NCBI GenBank assembly: GCA_025839675.1
Contig: CP104013.1
Location: 2,910,001-2,942,000, forward strand
From: Candidatus Lokiarchaeum ossiferum
GTDB lineage: Archaea > Asgardarchaeota > Lokiarchaeia > Sigyniarchaeales > Promethearchaeaceae
Reading direction: 5' to 3'
Length of the DNA stretch: 32,000 nt
Shown: positions 24,620-32,000 of the stretch, piece after piece
How the letters are laid out: each line of letters opens with the position of its first letter
How positions within the stretch are numbered: position 1 is the first letter of the stretch
Notes under the pieces: model-generated
The model's database searches: none
What the model saw: only the letters and a program-made list of their open reading frames with translations
Told to the model about the DNA's origin: nothing
Position numbers and translations under genes: made by a program

Positions 24620-25477
24620 ATGTCAAGCAATATAAATGCAACGATAACTTGCCCAACTTGTCAAAAAAGCAAAGATATTGAAATTCCGCGTGAATTATTT
24701 GAGACGAAAACGTGGGGTATGGTGAAGGTCAATATTGAAAGGGATTATTGTTGCGAACATGCATTTTTAGCATATTTCAACAAAAAAGGAGAAAATGCAG
24801 GATATGAAAAATTGGATATTATTTTTGATTTAAAAAAAACGGAAGAAGACCTAGAACAATTTCATTTAAAGGATTTATTAAAGCAATACGGTGAAGAGAA
24901 TACCTGCATGATAATCCACGCTATGATCTTAAACACTCCAATTATTTTTCTCCATAAGAAGTATTTCAAAGAAAATAGATATATTAAAGCGACTTATAAA
25001 AAAGATATCTTCCAATTCATCCAGTTAAAACAATTCTTGTTAAAATTTGTCGAAAATACTCTCTCTTTAATCACCCTTGAATTTGATACGGAGTATAATC
25101 AACACCCGAGAACAGATGCCTTAATTATTTCACCTACAAAGGAAATTGAACGACTACCTTGGGTATCTATTCCAATTGATTTTGAATTAAACATCGTTCA
25201 TAAGGCAATGGATGTTTTAGATGAAAGTGTGCAATATCTTGTAATACAAGATGAAATGCAAAAAATTCTCAAAAAAGCAGAAGTTTTTAACAAGATATTA
25301 GATAAATGGGCCGCAATATATGAAGAAGATATTCGAAAACAGTTAGATGAAGCCTTTGAAACAGAATTAGACGATTATTCTTATCAATTATTAGTGCAAA
25401 TTCTCGAAATAAGGTTTAAAGCAGATATGTCAAAAATTAAGAACCCCACTAGGCCAAAACAAAGACGTTTGAGATAA
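24620..25477 (+). CDS. Hypothetical protein with an N-terminal Cys-rich (CxxC...CCxH) knuckle
   Basis: 285 aa with GAGGA 11 nt upstream of the ATG. The N-terminus reads ITCPTCQKSKDIEIP...VNIERDYCCEHAF. The C-terminal third is acidic and helical with a basic tail, PTRPKQRRLR. Confidence 0.6.
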   Translation: MSSNINATITCPTCQKSKDIEIPRELFETKTWGMVKVNIERDYCCEHAFLAYFNKKGENAGYEKLDIIFDLKKTEEDLEQFHLKDLLKQYGEENTCMIIHAMILNTPIIFLHKKYFKENRYIKATYKKDIFQFIQLKQFLLKFVENTLSLITLEFDTEYNQHPRTDALIISPTKEIERLPWVSIPIDFELNIVHKAMDVLDESVQYLVIQDEMQKILKKAEVFNKILDKWAAIYEEDIRKQLDEAFETELDDYSYQLLVQILEIRFKADMSKIKNPTRPKQRRLR

Positions 25478-25520
25478 CCATCGTGAAAGCGGAAAAATTG
25501 AAAGAAAAAAACCAGAAAAA

Positions 25521-26309
25521 CTAATTCATTTCCAAAATTTTGGATAAGAATTTTTTTAACCGTTCGTTTGGAGGATTGTCAAATACTTCATCTGGGGTCC
25601 CCCTATAGATAATTTCTCCTTCATCCATAAAAATAACCCGAGTGGCAACTTCTTTTGCGAATGGAATTTCATGAGTTACTACCACAAGAGTATAGTGGAA
25701 TTCAGTAACTAAGCGAATCATAAATTCGAGGACTTCGCCAGTTAATTCGGGATCCAAAGCGGATGTGGGTTCATCAAAGAAGATCAATTTAGATCGCATA
25801 GCTAATACACGAGCAATTGCAACCCGTTGTTGTTGCCCTCCTGAAAGTTCTCCAGGATAACTATCTATTTTATCAGCTAAATTAACAGTATTTAGCACAT
25901 CATTAATTCGTTTATCTATTTCATCATCATCTAAATTTAAAACTTTCTTTAAAGGCAATTCAATATTTTCCCTTACAGTCAAGTGCAAAAAGAGATTAAA
26001 GCTTTGAAACACCATCCCAATATCTTTTCGAACTAAATCAATATTGACATCAGGAAGTGTAATCTCTTTTCCTTCAAAAAAAACTTGACCAGATGTAGGC
26101 TCAATTAATCGATTCATGCACCTTAATAATGTGGATTTGCCGGAACCGCTACTCCCAATGATAACAATCACTTCCTTTGAGTAAATTTTCAAATCTACCC
26201 CTGGAGATTTAATTGCATTAAAATCTTTGAATTTCTTTGTTAAATTCCGAACTTCAAGTAATGGAACTTCTGAGTCATCTGCTATTTGATTTAATTCTTC
26301 ACTAGTCAT
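25521..26309 (-). CDS. Polar amino-acid ABC transporter, ATP-binding subunit
   Basis: Walker A GSSGSGKSTLLRC, signature LSGGQQQRVAIARVLA, Walker B LIFFDEPTSALDPE. I prefer the ATG at 26309 (AGGTG 6 nt upstream, 8-nt overlap with the permease stop) over the GTG at 26318. Confidence 0.92.
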   Translation of the reverse strand: MTSEELNQIADDSEVPLLEVRNLTKKFKDFNAIKSPGVDLKIYSKEVIVIIGSSGSGKSTLLRCMNRLIEPTSGQVFFEGKEITLPDVNIDLVRKDIGMVFQSFNLFLHLTVRENIELPLKKVLNLDDDEIDKRINDVLNTVNLADKIDSYPGELSGGQQQRVAIARVLAMRSKLIFFDEPTSALDPELTGEVLEFMIRLVTEFHYTLVVVTHEIPFAKEVATRVIFMDEGEIIYRGTPDEVFDNPPNERLKKFLSKILEMN

Positions 26310-27240
26310 TGTGCACACCTAATCCAGGAATTCGTAACTTCAATTCTAATTGTTTTGCAATTTTTGATAATGTAAAAGCTATAGCAAAATAAAATACCGC
26401 AGCAAATATGAATACTTGCCAAAAAGCATATCTCGATTGCAATGTTTGGGATTCTTTGGTAAGTTCTATTACCCCAATAGTAGATATTAATGAACTATTT
26501 AAGATTACATTTATAGTTTCATTTGTTAATGGAGGTACAATGATTCTTATTGCTTGAGGAAGAACAACATGACGCATAGTTTGTAAGGATGTTAGACCCA
26601 AACCGCGAGCTGCTTCACTCTGACCTGAAGGAATTGCCAAGATCCCACCTCGAATAATTTCTGCTTGATATGCAGCAGTATTGAGTGCCAATGCCAAGGT
26701 TCCAGCATAAATTTCGGTAGTTAAATATTGAATATTTAAATTTCTAATTCCATCTATCATCCAGCCAGGTAATCCAAAATATACTAACAAAATTTGAACT
26801 AAGAGTGGTGTGGATCTAAAAAAATCGATGTATATTTGAGCGATTTGTCGCAATCCATAAAGTTTACTCTTACTAACTAAAATTACTGCCAACAATGCCG
26901 CAATAAAGAATCCAATTACAACACTAATTAAACTAATAAAAATTGTTAAAGGAAGAGCAGCAGCCAACCTTCTTGTTATAGCTGGCAACCTCCAATCCAA
27001 ATCCCCCAATGATGAAAATCCAAAAATTTTAAGAAATAGTTCAAAAATACTAATAAAAGGATCAAAATACATGGCACTTGGAATAATCCAAGATCTTATT
27101 ATTCCATAGATAATGATAAGCAAAATTAATGTTAAAAACCACCACCCAAAATTTTTTCTTGTTGGACGGATCTTCTTAAGAAAAATTAATATTGGAGTGT
27201 TTTCCTTGTCGTGTTCATTATGTGTAAAATTTTCAGTCAT
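26302..27240 (-). CDS. Polar amino-acid ABC transporter, permease subunit
   Basis: Polytopic, with the EAA loop SEAARGLGLTSLQTMRHVVLPQA. GGTGA lies 10 nt upstream of the ATG. Confidence 0.9.
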   Translation of the reverse strand: MTENFTHNEHDKENTPILIFLKKIRPTRKNFGWWFLTLILLIIIYGIIRSWIIPSAMYFDPFISIFELFLKIFGFSSLGDLDWRLPAITRRLAAALPLTIFISLISVVIGFFIAALLAVILVSKSKLYGLRQIAQIYIDFFRSTPLLVQILLVYFGLPGWMIDGIRNLNIQYLTTEIYAGTLALALNTAAYQAEIIRGGILAIPSGQSEAARGLGLTSLQTMRHVVLPQAIRIIVPPLTNETINVILNSSLISTIGVIELTKESQTLQSRYAFWQVFIFAAVFYFAIAFTLSKIAKQLELKLRIPGLGVHND

Positions 27241-27305
27241 TCGATTGTTTTCACCATAGTAAATTTTTGAAACTCAAAAATTAAAAAAAATCAAATAAAA
27301 AAGGA

Positions 27306-28280
27306 TTAATTGTTTTTCTTCTTAGATTTTCGGATAACACCATAAACAGTGACTGGGATTATTGCAATTAGTGAAAATATTGAGAATCCATTGATTGTAT
27401 TTTTTATAACTGGTTGCACCAATGAATCCAAGACTTCTTTCAATTCTGGTTTATTTACAGAAGGAGTAGTTCCTATCCATTCTTCATAAATGGCGATATA
27501 TTCTGTTGAAAATACCGGATTATATGGATCATCTCCGAGTAATTTATCAATCGCTTCATTCATTCGTACTACTAATGTATTGGCACCCTGATCACATGCA
27601 ATTCCAAAAGCCTCTGGACTGAATTGAGCCACAATTTCGAATTCACTACCTGTAATTGCATCACCAGCTTCAATTAAAGTGACTAAGTCACCTAAGACCA
27701 CATCAACTGTCCCTGCATCGAGAGCTGCTAGGGCTAATGTGATTGTAGTATATGGTACAACACTACAAGCAAAATCTTCATCTTCAAGATACCATTGACT
27801 TGTAGTAGATGCTTGAATTCCACATTTAATACTTGCATTATTCACATCATCAACTGAATCAATATCAAGGGTTGAATCATTTTTAACCATAACTGCTTGC
27901 GAACTTAAGAAATACCATCGCGTAAAATTCATGGTTGTCATCCGATCATTAGTTATAGTCACTGCTGATATAACACAATCATAGGCACCTGTTGCTAAAC
28001 TGGTAAATATTGTGTCCCAAGCAACATCATGATAAACTATATCAACCCCCATATCATCAGCAATGAATTCCATTATGCTAGGATCAAATCCCTCAATTAC
28101 ATCACCGGTCTTTTGTTCAAAAGGAGGGTATGCAGCTTCAATTCCAACATGGATTTCTCCAGCATCTATTACATCGGAAAGACTTGAATCCGTATATTCA
28201 GAAACAGCTGAAGGAACACTTAAAAAGATGATTGAAAAAGTAATGAGAATCATCCCCGCTTTTATTTTGTTATTTTTCAT
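27306..28280 (-). CDS. Family-3 (polar amino-acid) substrate-binding protein with a C-terminal membrane anchor
   Basis: N-terminal signal/TM (ILITFSIIFLSVPSAV), GIEAAYPPFE, an acidic mature domain, a C-terminal TM helix (FSIFSLIAIIPVTVYGVI) and the tail RKSKKKNN. AAGGTGA lies 6 nt upstream of the ATG. Confidence 0.85.
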   Translation of the reverse strand: MKNNKIKAGMILITFSIIFLSVPSAVSEYTDSSLSDVIDAGEIHVGIEAAYPPFEQKTGDVIEGFDPSIMEFIADDMGVDIVYHDVAWDTIFTSLATGAYDCVISAVTITNDRMTTMNFTRWYFLSSQAVMVKNDSTLDIDSVDDVNNASIKCGIQASTTSQWYLEDEDFACSVVPYTTITLALAALDAGTVDVVLGDLVTLIEAGDAITGSEFEIVAQFSPEAFGIACDQGANTLVVRMNEAIDKLLGDDPYNPVFSTEYIAIYEEWIGTTPSVNKPELKEVLDSLVQPVIKNTINGFSIFSLIAIIPVTVYGVIRKSKKKNN

Positions 28281-28480
28281 TTTTTCACCTTATGTAGTTT
28301 CTAGATGTCACAAATGTTATAAAATATAAAAAAAAGTTCAATTTTTAAAACATCTCTTATAAGATTGGATGTTTGTCTATAAAAGCGTTTACATTAAAAG
28401 AATTCCTTGTGGGAATTTAATTTTGATGGATAAAAGAATGGAAAATGAAATTCAGAAAAAATTGTATTTACAATAACTCA

Positions 28481-29818
28481 TTAAATGAAATAAACAATAA
28501 AAACAAGATAAATTATACCTAAAATTACATGAAGAAAGGCAAAAAGTCCACCTACTTTCGTCAATCGTTTATAAGTTAAATCTTTTACGCAATATTTCTC
28601 CGACAATTCCAATGTCATCATATCGGCTGCACTCCCTTGAGGAAGAAAATTACCTCCTAAATTAACTCCAAGAACGAAAGCCACGATTAACGGAAGCATA
28701 TCAAATCCTGCTGTTTCGATCAAAATGTTGATTATTGGTAAGAATATGATGGTAACTGGAGCATTATCCATGAATCCTGACAGAATTGAAGTTACCAGTA
28801 AAATTGCGATGGATAAAAGAAAAACATCTTGAAAAGTAGCTTTTTCAATGAGATTTTCCATTAATTGTACAGTACCATTTATTTCCATCAAATGAACTAA
28901 AATAAAAAGGCACATGAAGAAGTACACTAACTTGTAATCAACCTTTCTCAGGAAATGGGATAGATGAGGTTCTTTCTTTTGTGATTTTCCAAGACGAGGA
29001 TTAACAAAGACAAACACAAGCATACCAATCAAACCCGCTACATGAATTTGATCTATGAAAAGTAACAAAAGAACGAAAATGAGTAGAGCGATTAAGTTGA
29101 TCATGATAACTTTTGAATCGGTCTGAAAATCGTCTTCTATTTGTATCTGAACATCAACAACCTCTTTCTCGTCACATGCAGCAATCCACTGTTTCTTTAG
29201 TTGTTTGGACAACACAAAATAATCTAAAAGCACGAGTGTAACTATTGTTGAGACAACAAAAAAGACCCCAAATCGTGTAATGAAAAAAATAAATGAAAGA
29301 TCAAAATAATTAGCAATCATGATGTTTTCCGCGGAACCGAAGGGTGTAAGGGTAGAAGCCAAATTAATGCAAATGGTCATCCCCAAAAGGAAGGGAGAAG
29401 GGTTAATTTTAAGATCTTCACAAGTGAGAACGATAATAGGGATGAAAATAATTGCCACACTCAAATCTTCTAAGATAGAAGCGGAAAGAGTAGACACAAT
29501 ACAAATCACATAAAACATTTTCCGAATATTGTTCCTATATTTCAGTACGATCCTTTTAGCAATTTCATGAAAAACTCTCGCTTCATTAAGGATTTCCACA
29601 ATTGTAAACATGGCAATCAGAAAGAAAATAACTTCCCAATCAATCGCTCGAATATAAGTGTCTAAATCATGAGCAGCAGGTAAATCAATGCCTGTTACAG
29701 CCCCAGCAATAATAATTAACAAAACGGAATATGAGAGGTAATCTTTTTCTTCAAAGAATAAAATAACAATTAAAATGAGAAAACATAGTCCAACGACGAT
29801 TTGCGACAGTAAAGACAT
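28481..29818 (-). CDS. Ion-transporter-superfamily permease (ArsB/NhaD/CitMHS-like)
   Basis: 445 aa and polytopic, with a central hydrophilic loop. Repeated hairpin-type motifs: SASILEDLSVAIIFIPI, GSAENIMIA, GFMDNAPVTIIFLPI and GGNFLPQGSAADMM. Confidence 0.65.
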   Translation of the reverse strand: MSLLSQIVVGLCFLILIVILFFEEKDYLSYSVLLIIIAGAVTGIDLPAAHDLDTYIRAIDWEVIFFLIAMFTIVEILNEARVFHEIAKRIVLKYRNNIRKMFYVICIVSTLSASILEDLSVAIIFIPIIVLTCEDLKINPSPFLLGMTICINLASTLTPFGSAENIMIANYFDLSFIFFITRFGVFFVVSTIVTLVLLDYFVLSKQLKKQWIAACDEKEVVDVQIQIEDDFQTDSKVIMINLIALLIFVLLLLFIDQIHVAGLIGMLVFVFVNPRLGKSQKKEPHLSHFLRKVDYKLVYFFMCLFILVHLMEINGTVQLMENLIEKATFQDVFLLSIAILLVTSILSGFMDNAPVTIIFLPIINILIETAGFDMLPLIVAFVLGVNLGGNFLPQGSAADMMTLELSEKYCVKDLTYKRLTKVGGLFAFLHVILGIIYLVFIVYFI

Positions 29819-29871
29819 GGGAAGATATATAAGATTTATTGATTATTAAACATTTCAGAAAAAAGATGGTG

Positions 29872-30843
29872 TTATTCCATCAATTTTTTCGATATTAGCC
29901 ACTGAAAAGCAGATAAAACCCCAATATTTTCTTTGACTGACACGAGACTCATAGAATGGGGCATTGGTAATTGGTTTACATTAAACAACTGGGAAAATTT
30001 TTTGATTAAAGATTCAGATTTTTCTTTCTCGACTAAATCAGATTTATTTAATAGGATTAATATGGGGATGTGATTACTTTCAAAACTGGCTGGTGTAGGA
30101 AAATATTGTTGGATAACTCTTTCAAATTCTTCTTTAAATTCAAAATCTCGCGTTTCTGACGATGAAACATCCACAACATATATGATTGCATCAGGTTTAT
30201 GACAATCTTTAAACCAAGTCTGTCGAATTGCCTTTTGACCCCCCACATCATAAATTTGAAATTGAAAATGCTCAATGGCAGCCCGGAGAATTTGAGTACC
30301 TAAAGTAGGGCGGATCTTTGGAGAGAAAGTCCCATATCTTAACAATTCAATTATTGAAGATTTTCCAACAGCTTCAATTCCTAAAAAGAGTAATTGGCCA
30401 TAAGGGTGGTCTCCTTCAAATTCTTCAAATTTATTGATTGCTTGACGTAAGAATCGATCGATCTTAGATATCTTCATTTGAATGATTGGGGAGGTTTTAT
30501 TCTTATGTGAAAATATCTCTAAAATGTGAGGAATGTTTTTTATTTGTTCAGAAAGATTCTGTAACTCCTTTCTCCAGTTAAAAATTGTATGCTCTTCGGT
30601 CAATATTACTGAAATGAGGAGTAATTCATATCCAGTTCGAGCAATTCCAGAGGGAATACTAAATTTAAAATTAAGATATAATGCTTCTTCGTGCTTGACT
30701 TCAAAAAAGGGAGCATCTAAATTCAAATCAAAAAGCTTAATTACAATATTTTTATCGGAATCATTAATATTTGAGGGAACAGCATTTAAAATCCACGGAC
30801 CAGCCATTCGATCATAGTAACTTACAAGTATTTTAACTGGCAA
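29872..30843 (-). CDS. Arf/Sar/SR-beta-family small GTPase fused to an N-terminal longin-like domain of about 150 aa
   Basis: G1 GIEAVGKSS, G2 RPTLGT, G3 DVGGQ, G4 NKSD, G5 SVK. Overall it parallels Arf (PT.G......f..wDvGGQ..iR..W......i.VVD). The N-terminal region has a beta-beta-alpha-beta-beta-beta-alpha pattern by sequence. The start is a TTG at 30843; the next ATG is at 30807. Confidence 0.8.
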   Translation of the reverse strand: MPVKILVSYYDRMAGPWILNAVPSNINDSDKNIVIKLFDLNLDAPFFEVKHEEALYLNFKFSIPSGIARTGYELLLISVILTEEHTIFNWRKELQNLSEQIKNIPHILEIFSHKNKTSPIIQMKISKIDRFLRQAINKFEEFEGDHPYGQLLFLGIEAVGKSSIIELLRYGTFSPKIRPTLGTQILRAAIEHFQFQIYDVGGQKAIRQTWFKDCHKPDAIIYVVDVSSSETRDFEFKEEFERVIQQYFPTPASFESNHIPILILLNKSDLVEKEKSESLIKKFSQLFNVNQLPMPHSMSLVSVKENIGVLSAFQWLISKKLME

Positions 30844-30994
30844 AGAAAATCATGAATACCATAGAATTACATCCAAAAAAGGTTTTTCACGCAAATAACG
30901 AAGTTGTTTTTTCTAATCATTAACAAAATTGTTTTTTTGGGGGAAAATATCATTTGAGTATAATTTAATGAAGAAAAAAGGGAGAAAGTGAAAT

Positions 30995-32000
30995 TCACTC
31001 ATCAGTTATAAAGGATGTCAAGTTAATTTCAAATCCAGCTGTTGGATACTCTAATCCGAAATTTAAAATGACTTCAGGATGAATTTCACCGATATATCCA
31101 ATAATGTGATCTTTATAATGAATTTCGCCTGTTCGCCCGGGAATGAAAGTCGGATTTTCCGCTGGCACTATTTTTATGGCTTGTAATACCCCTAAAGTTC
31201 TTAAATAGTGATCTAAAACGGATTTGATTTCAGAATAATCACTTCCTTCAGAATGTAGGACGCAAGCAAGATGAGATTCCCGACGGGTTTGAGATTGCTC
31301 CTGTTTATCCAGTAGAATGACGTCTCCTACTTCAAATAGGCGGAAAGGTTTTTCCCCAGATCGGTTGAATTGTAAGTTTTTCATCAAACTCACCAGTAGA
31401 CTTCGCCGAACCGTGTTATATTCAAGGGAAACAGGATTTTCCAGAATAATTTCATCCGATTTTTTCATTGGTAAGCGGAGACTTAAATTATCATTTTTGG
31501 AAATTAGGATATTATTGGACATTTCGATACAACCCGTACCTACCATAATATCTCGTGTCTTCTGTTCATTTACCAATACAGGATGATACTTACCTAACCC
31601 TTCCATATTAATTGTCAGATCTAAATTTTGATACCCGTAGCCCATAGCAACTTCTTCGACGATATCCACTTCATGCATGATATCATCCCGATAGGCAGGA
31701 ATAGCGACATCAATCGTGTTGGAATCAACAATTTTGGCATCCAATCGCATTTTTTCTAAGCATTCCATCATTTCTTGGGGGGAGAGATGTAATCCAATAT
31801 AAGAATTAATGTAATCAACTCGAGCTTGCCAGTGTTTTGGAGTTAAATCAGGAGTATACATCGCATTATCGGGCTCATCCTCGTAAATCACTTTCACGGA
31901 CTCAACTTCACCTCCCATATCAGCAAAGGTTGAAGCTAAAATATTTAACGCTACATCCACAGCTTTTTTACTTGTTCCAGTAAGATCTAAGAGTAGATTT
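30995..32000 (-). CDS. pheT: Phenylalanyl-tRNA synthetase beta subunit (archaeal/eukaryal type); N-terminal part lies beyond the window
   Basis: The frame stays open from the listed GTG (31960) to the window end (..NLLLDLTGTSKKAVDVALNIL..). The B5 motif is PAYRDDIMHEVDIVEEVAMGYGYQN. The C-terminal B3/B4-like core includes FRLFEVGDV. Confidence 0.9.
   Translation of the reverse strand, partial: NLLLDLTGTSKKAVDVALNILASTFADMGGEVESVKVIYEDEPDNAMYTPDLTPKHWQARVDYINSYIGLHLSPQEMMECLEKMRLDAKIVDSNTIDVAIPAYRDDIMHEVDIVEEVAMGYGYQNLDLTINMEGLGKYHPVLVNEQKTRDIMVGTGCIEMSNNILISKNDNLSLRLPMKKSDEIILENPVSLEYNTVRRSLLVSLMKNLQFNRSGEKPFRLFEVGDVILLDKQEQSQTRRESHLACVLHSEGSDYSEIKSVLDHYLRTLGVLQAIKIVPAENPTFIPGRTGEIHYKDHIIGYIGEIHPEVILNFGLEYPTAGFEINLTSFITDE

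Noticed and set aside
1095-31586. Antisense or overlapping ORFs of 60-100 aa inside larger genes: 1095..1277, 7500..7703, 7974..8195, 8569..8760, 9678..9872, 10570..10827, 11778..11960, 15088..15285, 19260..19445, 19714..19935, 20986..21168, 21395..21598, 21946..22248, 22899..23171, 24011..24208, 28063..28329, 29319..29513, 30057..30275, 30533..30817 and 31317..31586.
   Set aside because: Each is embedded in a longer ORF with clear family motifs on the other strand or in another frame. Their sequences are compositionally odd and none has an SD-like motif that I could see. They are shadow ORFs typical of AT-rich DNA.
1-32000. A search for CRISPR arrays, IS elements or transposases, rRNA genes, inteins, tRNA introns and obviously frameshifted pseudogenes.
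   Set aside because: None found by eye. There are no regularly spaced direct repeats and no transposase or integrase-like ORFs. RtcB and the other intein-prone proteins have normal length, the single tRNA has an uninterrupted anticodon loop, and all large ORFs are intact.

Overview
AT-rich (about one-third G+C by eye, not computed), gene-dense archaeal chromosomal window. Coding density is very high and I saw no CRISPR array, IS element, integrase or rRNA. Archaeal hallmarks are TFB, RtcB, an archaeal/eukaryal-type PheRS beta subunit (cut by the right edge), SepF, one tRNA-Thr(CGU) without encoded CCA, SD-like GGAG/GGTG motifs before many starts, and oligo-T terminators. An Arf-family small GTPase with a longin-like N-domain and a gelsolin-like domain suggest an Asgard (Loki-like) archaeon; this is inference only. 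Housekeeping and metabolic genes: malQ (cut by the left edge), an HD hydrolase, a cold-shock protein, an M18 aminopeptidase, a Cache/HAMP/PAS chemoreceptor, an Isf-type flavoprotein, a polar amino-acid ABC transporter (SBP, permease, ATPase) and an ArsB/NhaD-type permease. The most interesting locus is a four-gene plus-strand operon (3032-9187). It encodes a catalytically dead AAA+-like protein, a full-length SMC whose head motifs look like Smc5/6 rather than canonical Smc, a kleisin-like protein and a tandem winged-helix ScpB/kite-like protein, and sepF follows directly. The second locus is a tightly coupled minus-strand trio (15364 to 10455): a gelsolin-like 4-TM protein, a 1000-aa Eco57I/PglX-like N6-adenine methyltransferase with no nuclease or BREX partners, and a membrane-anchored alpha/beta hydrolase. 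Smaller observations: a partial duplication of the HD-gene leader plus its first five codons, an 18-bp perfect palindrome before sepF, a divergent TFB, two sub-60-aa ORFs absent from the ORF track, and several orphan proteins. All family calls come from motif recognition by eye; no searches were run.
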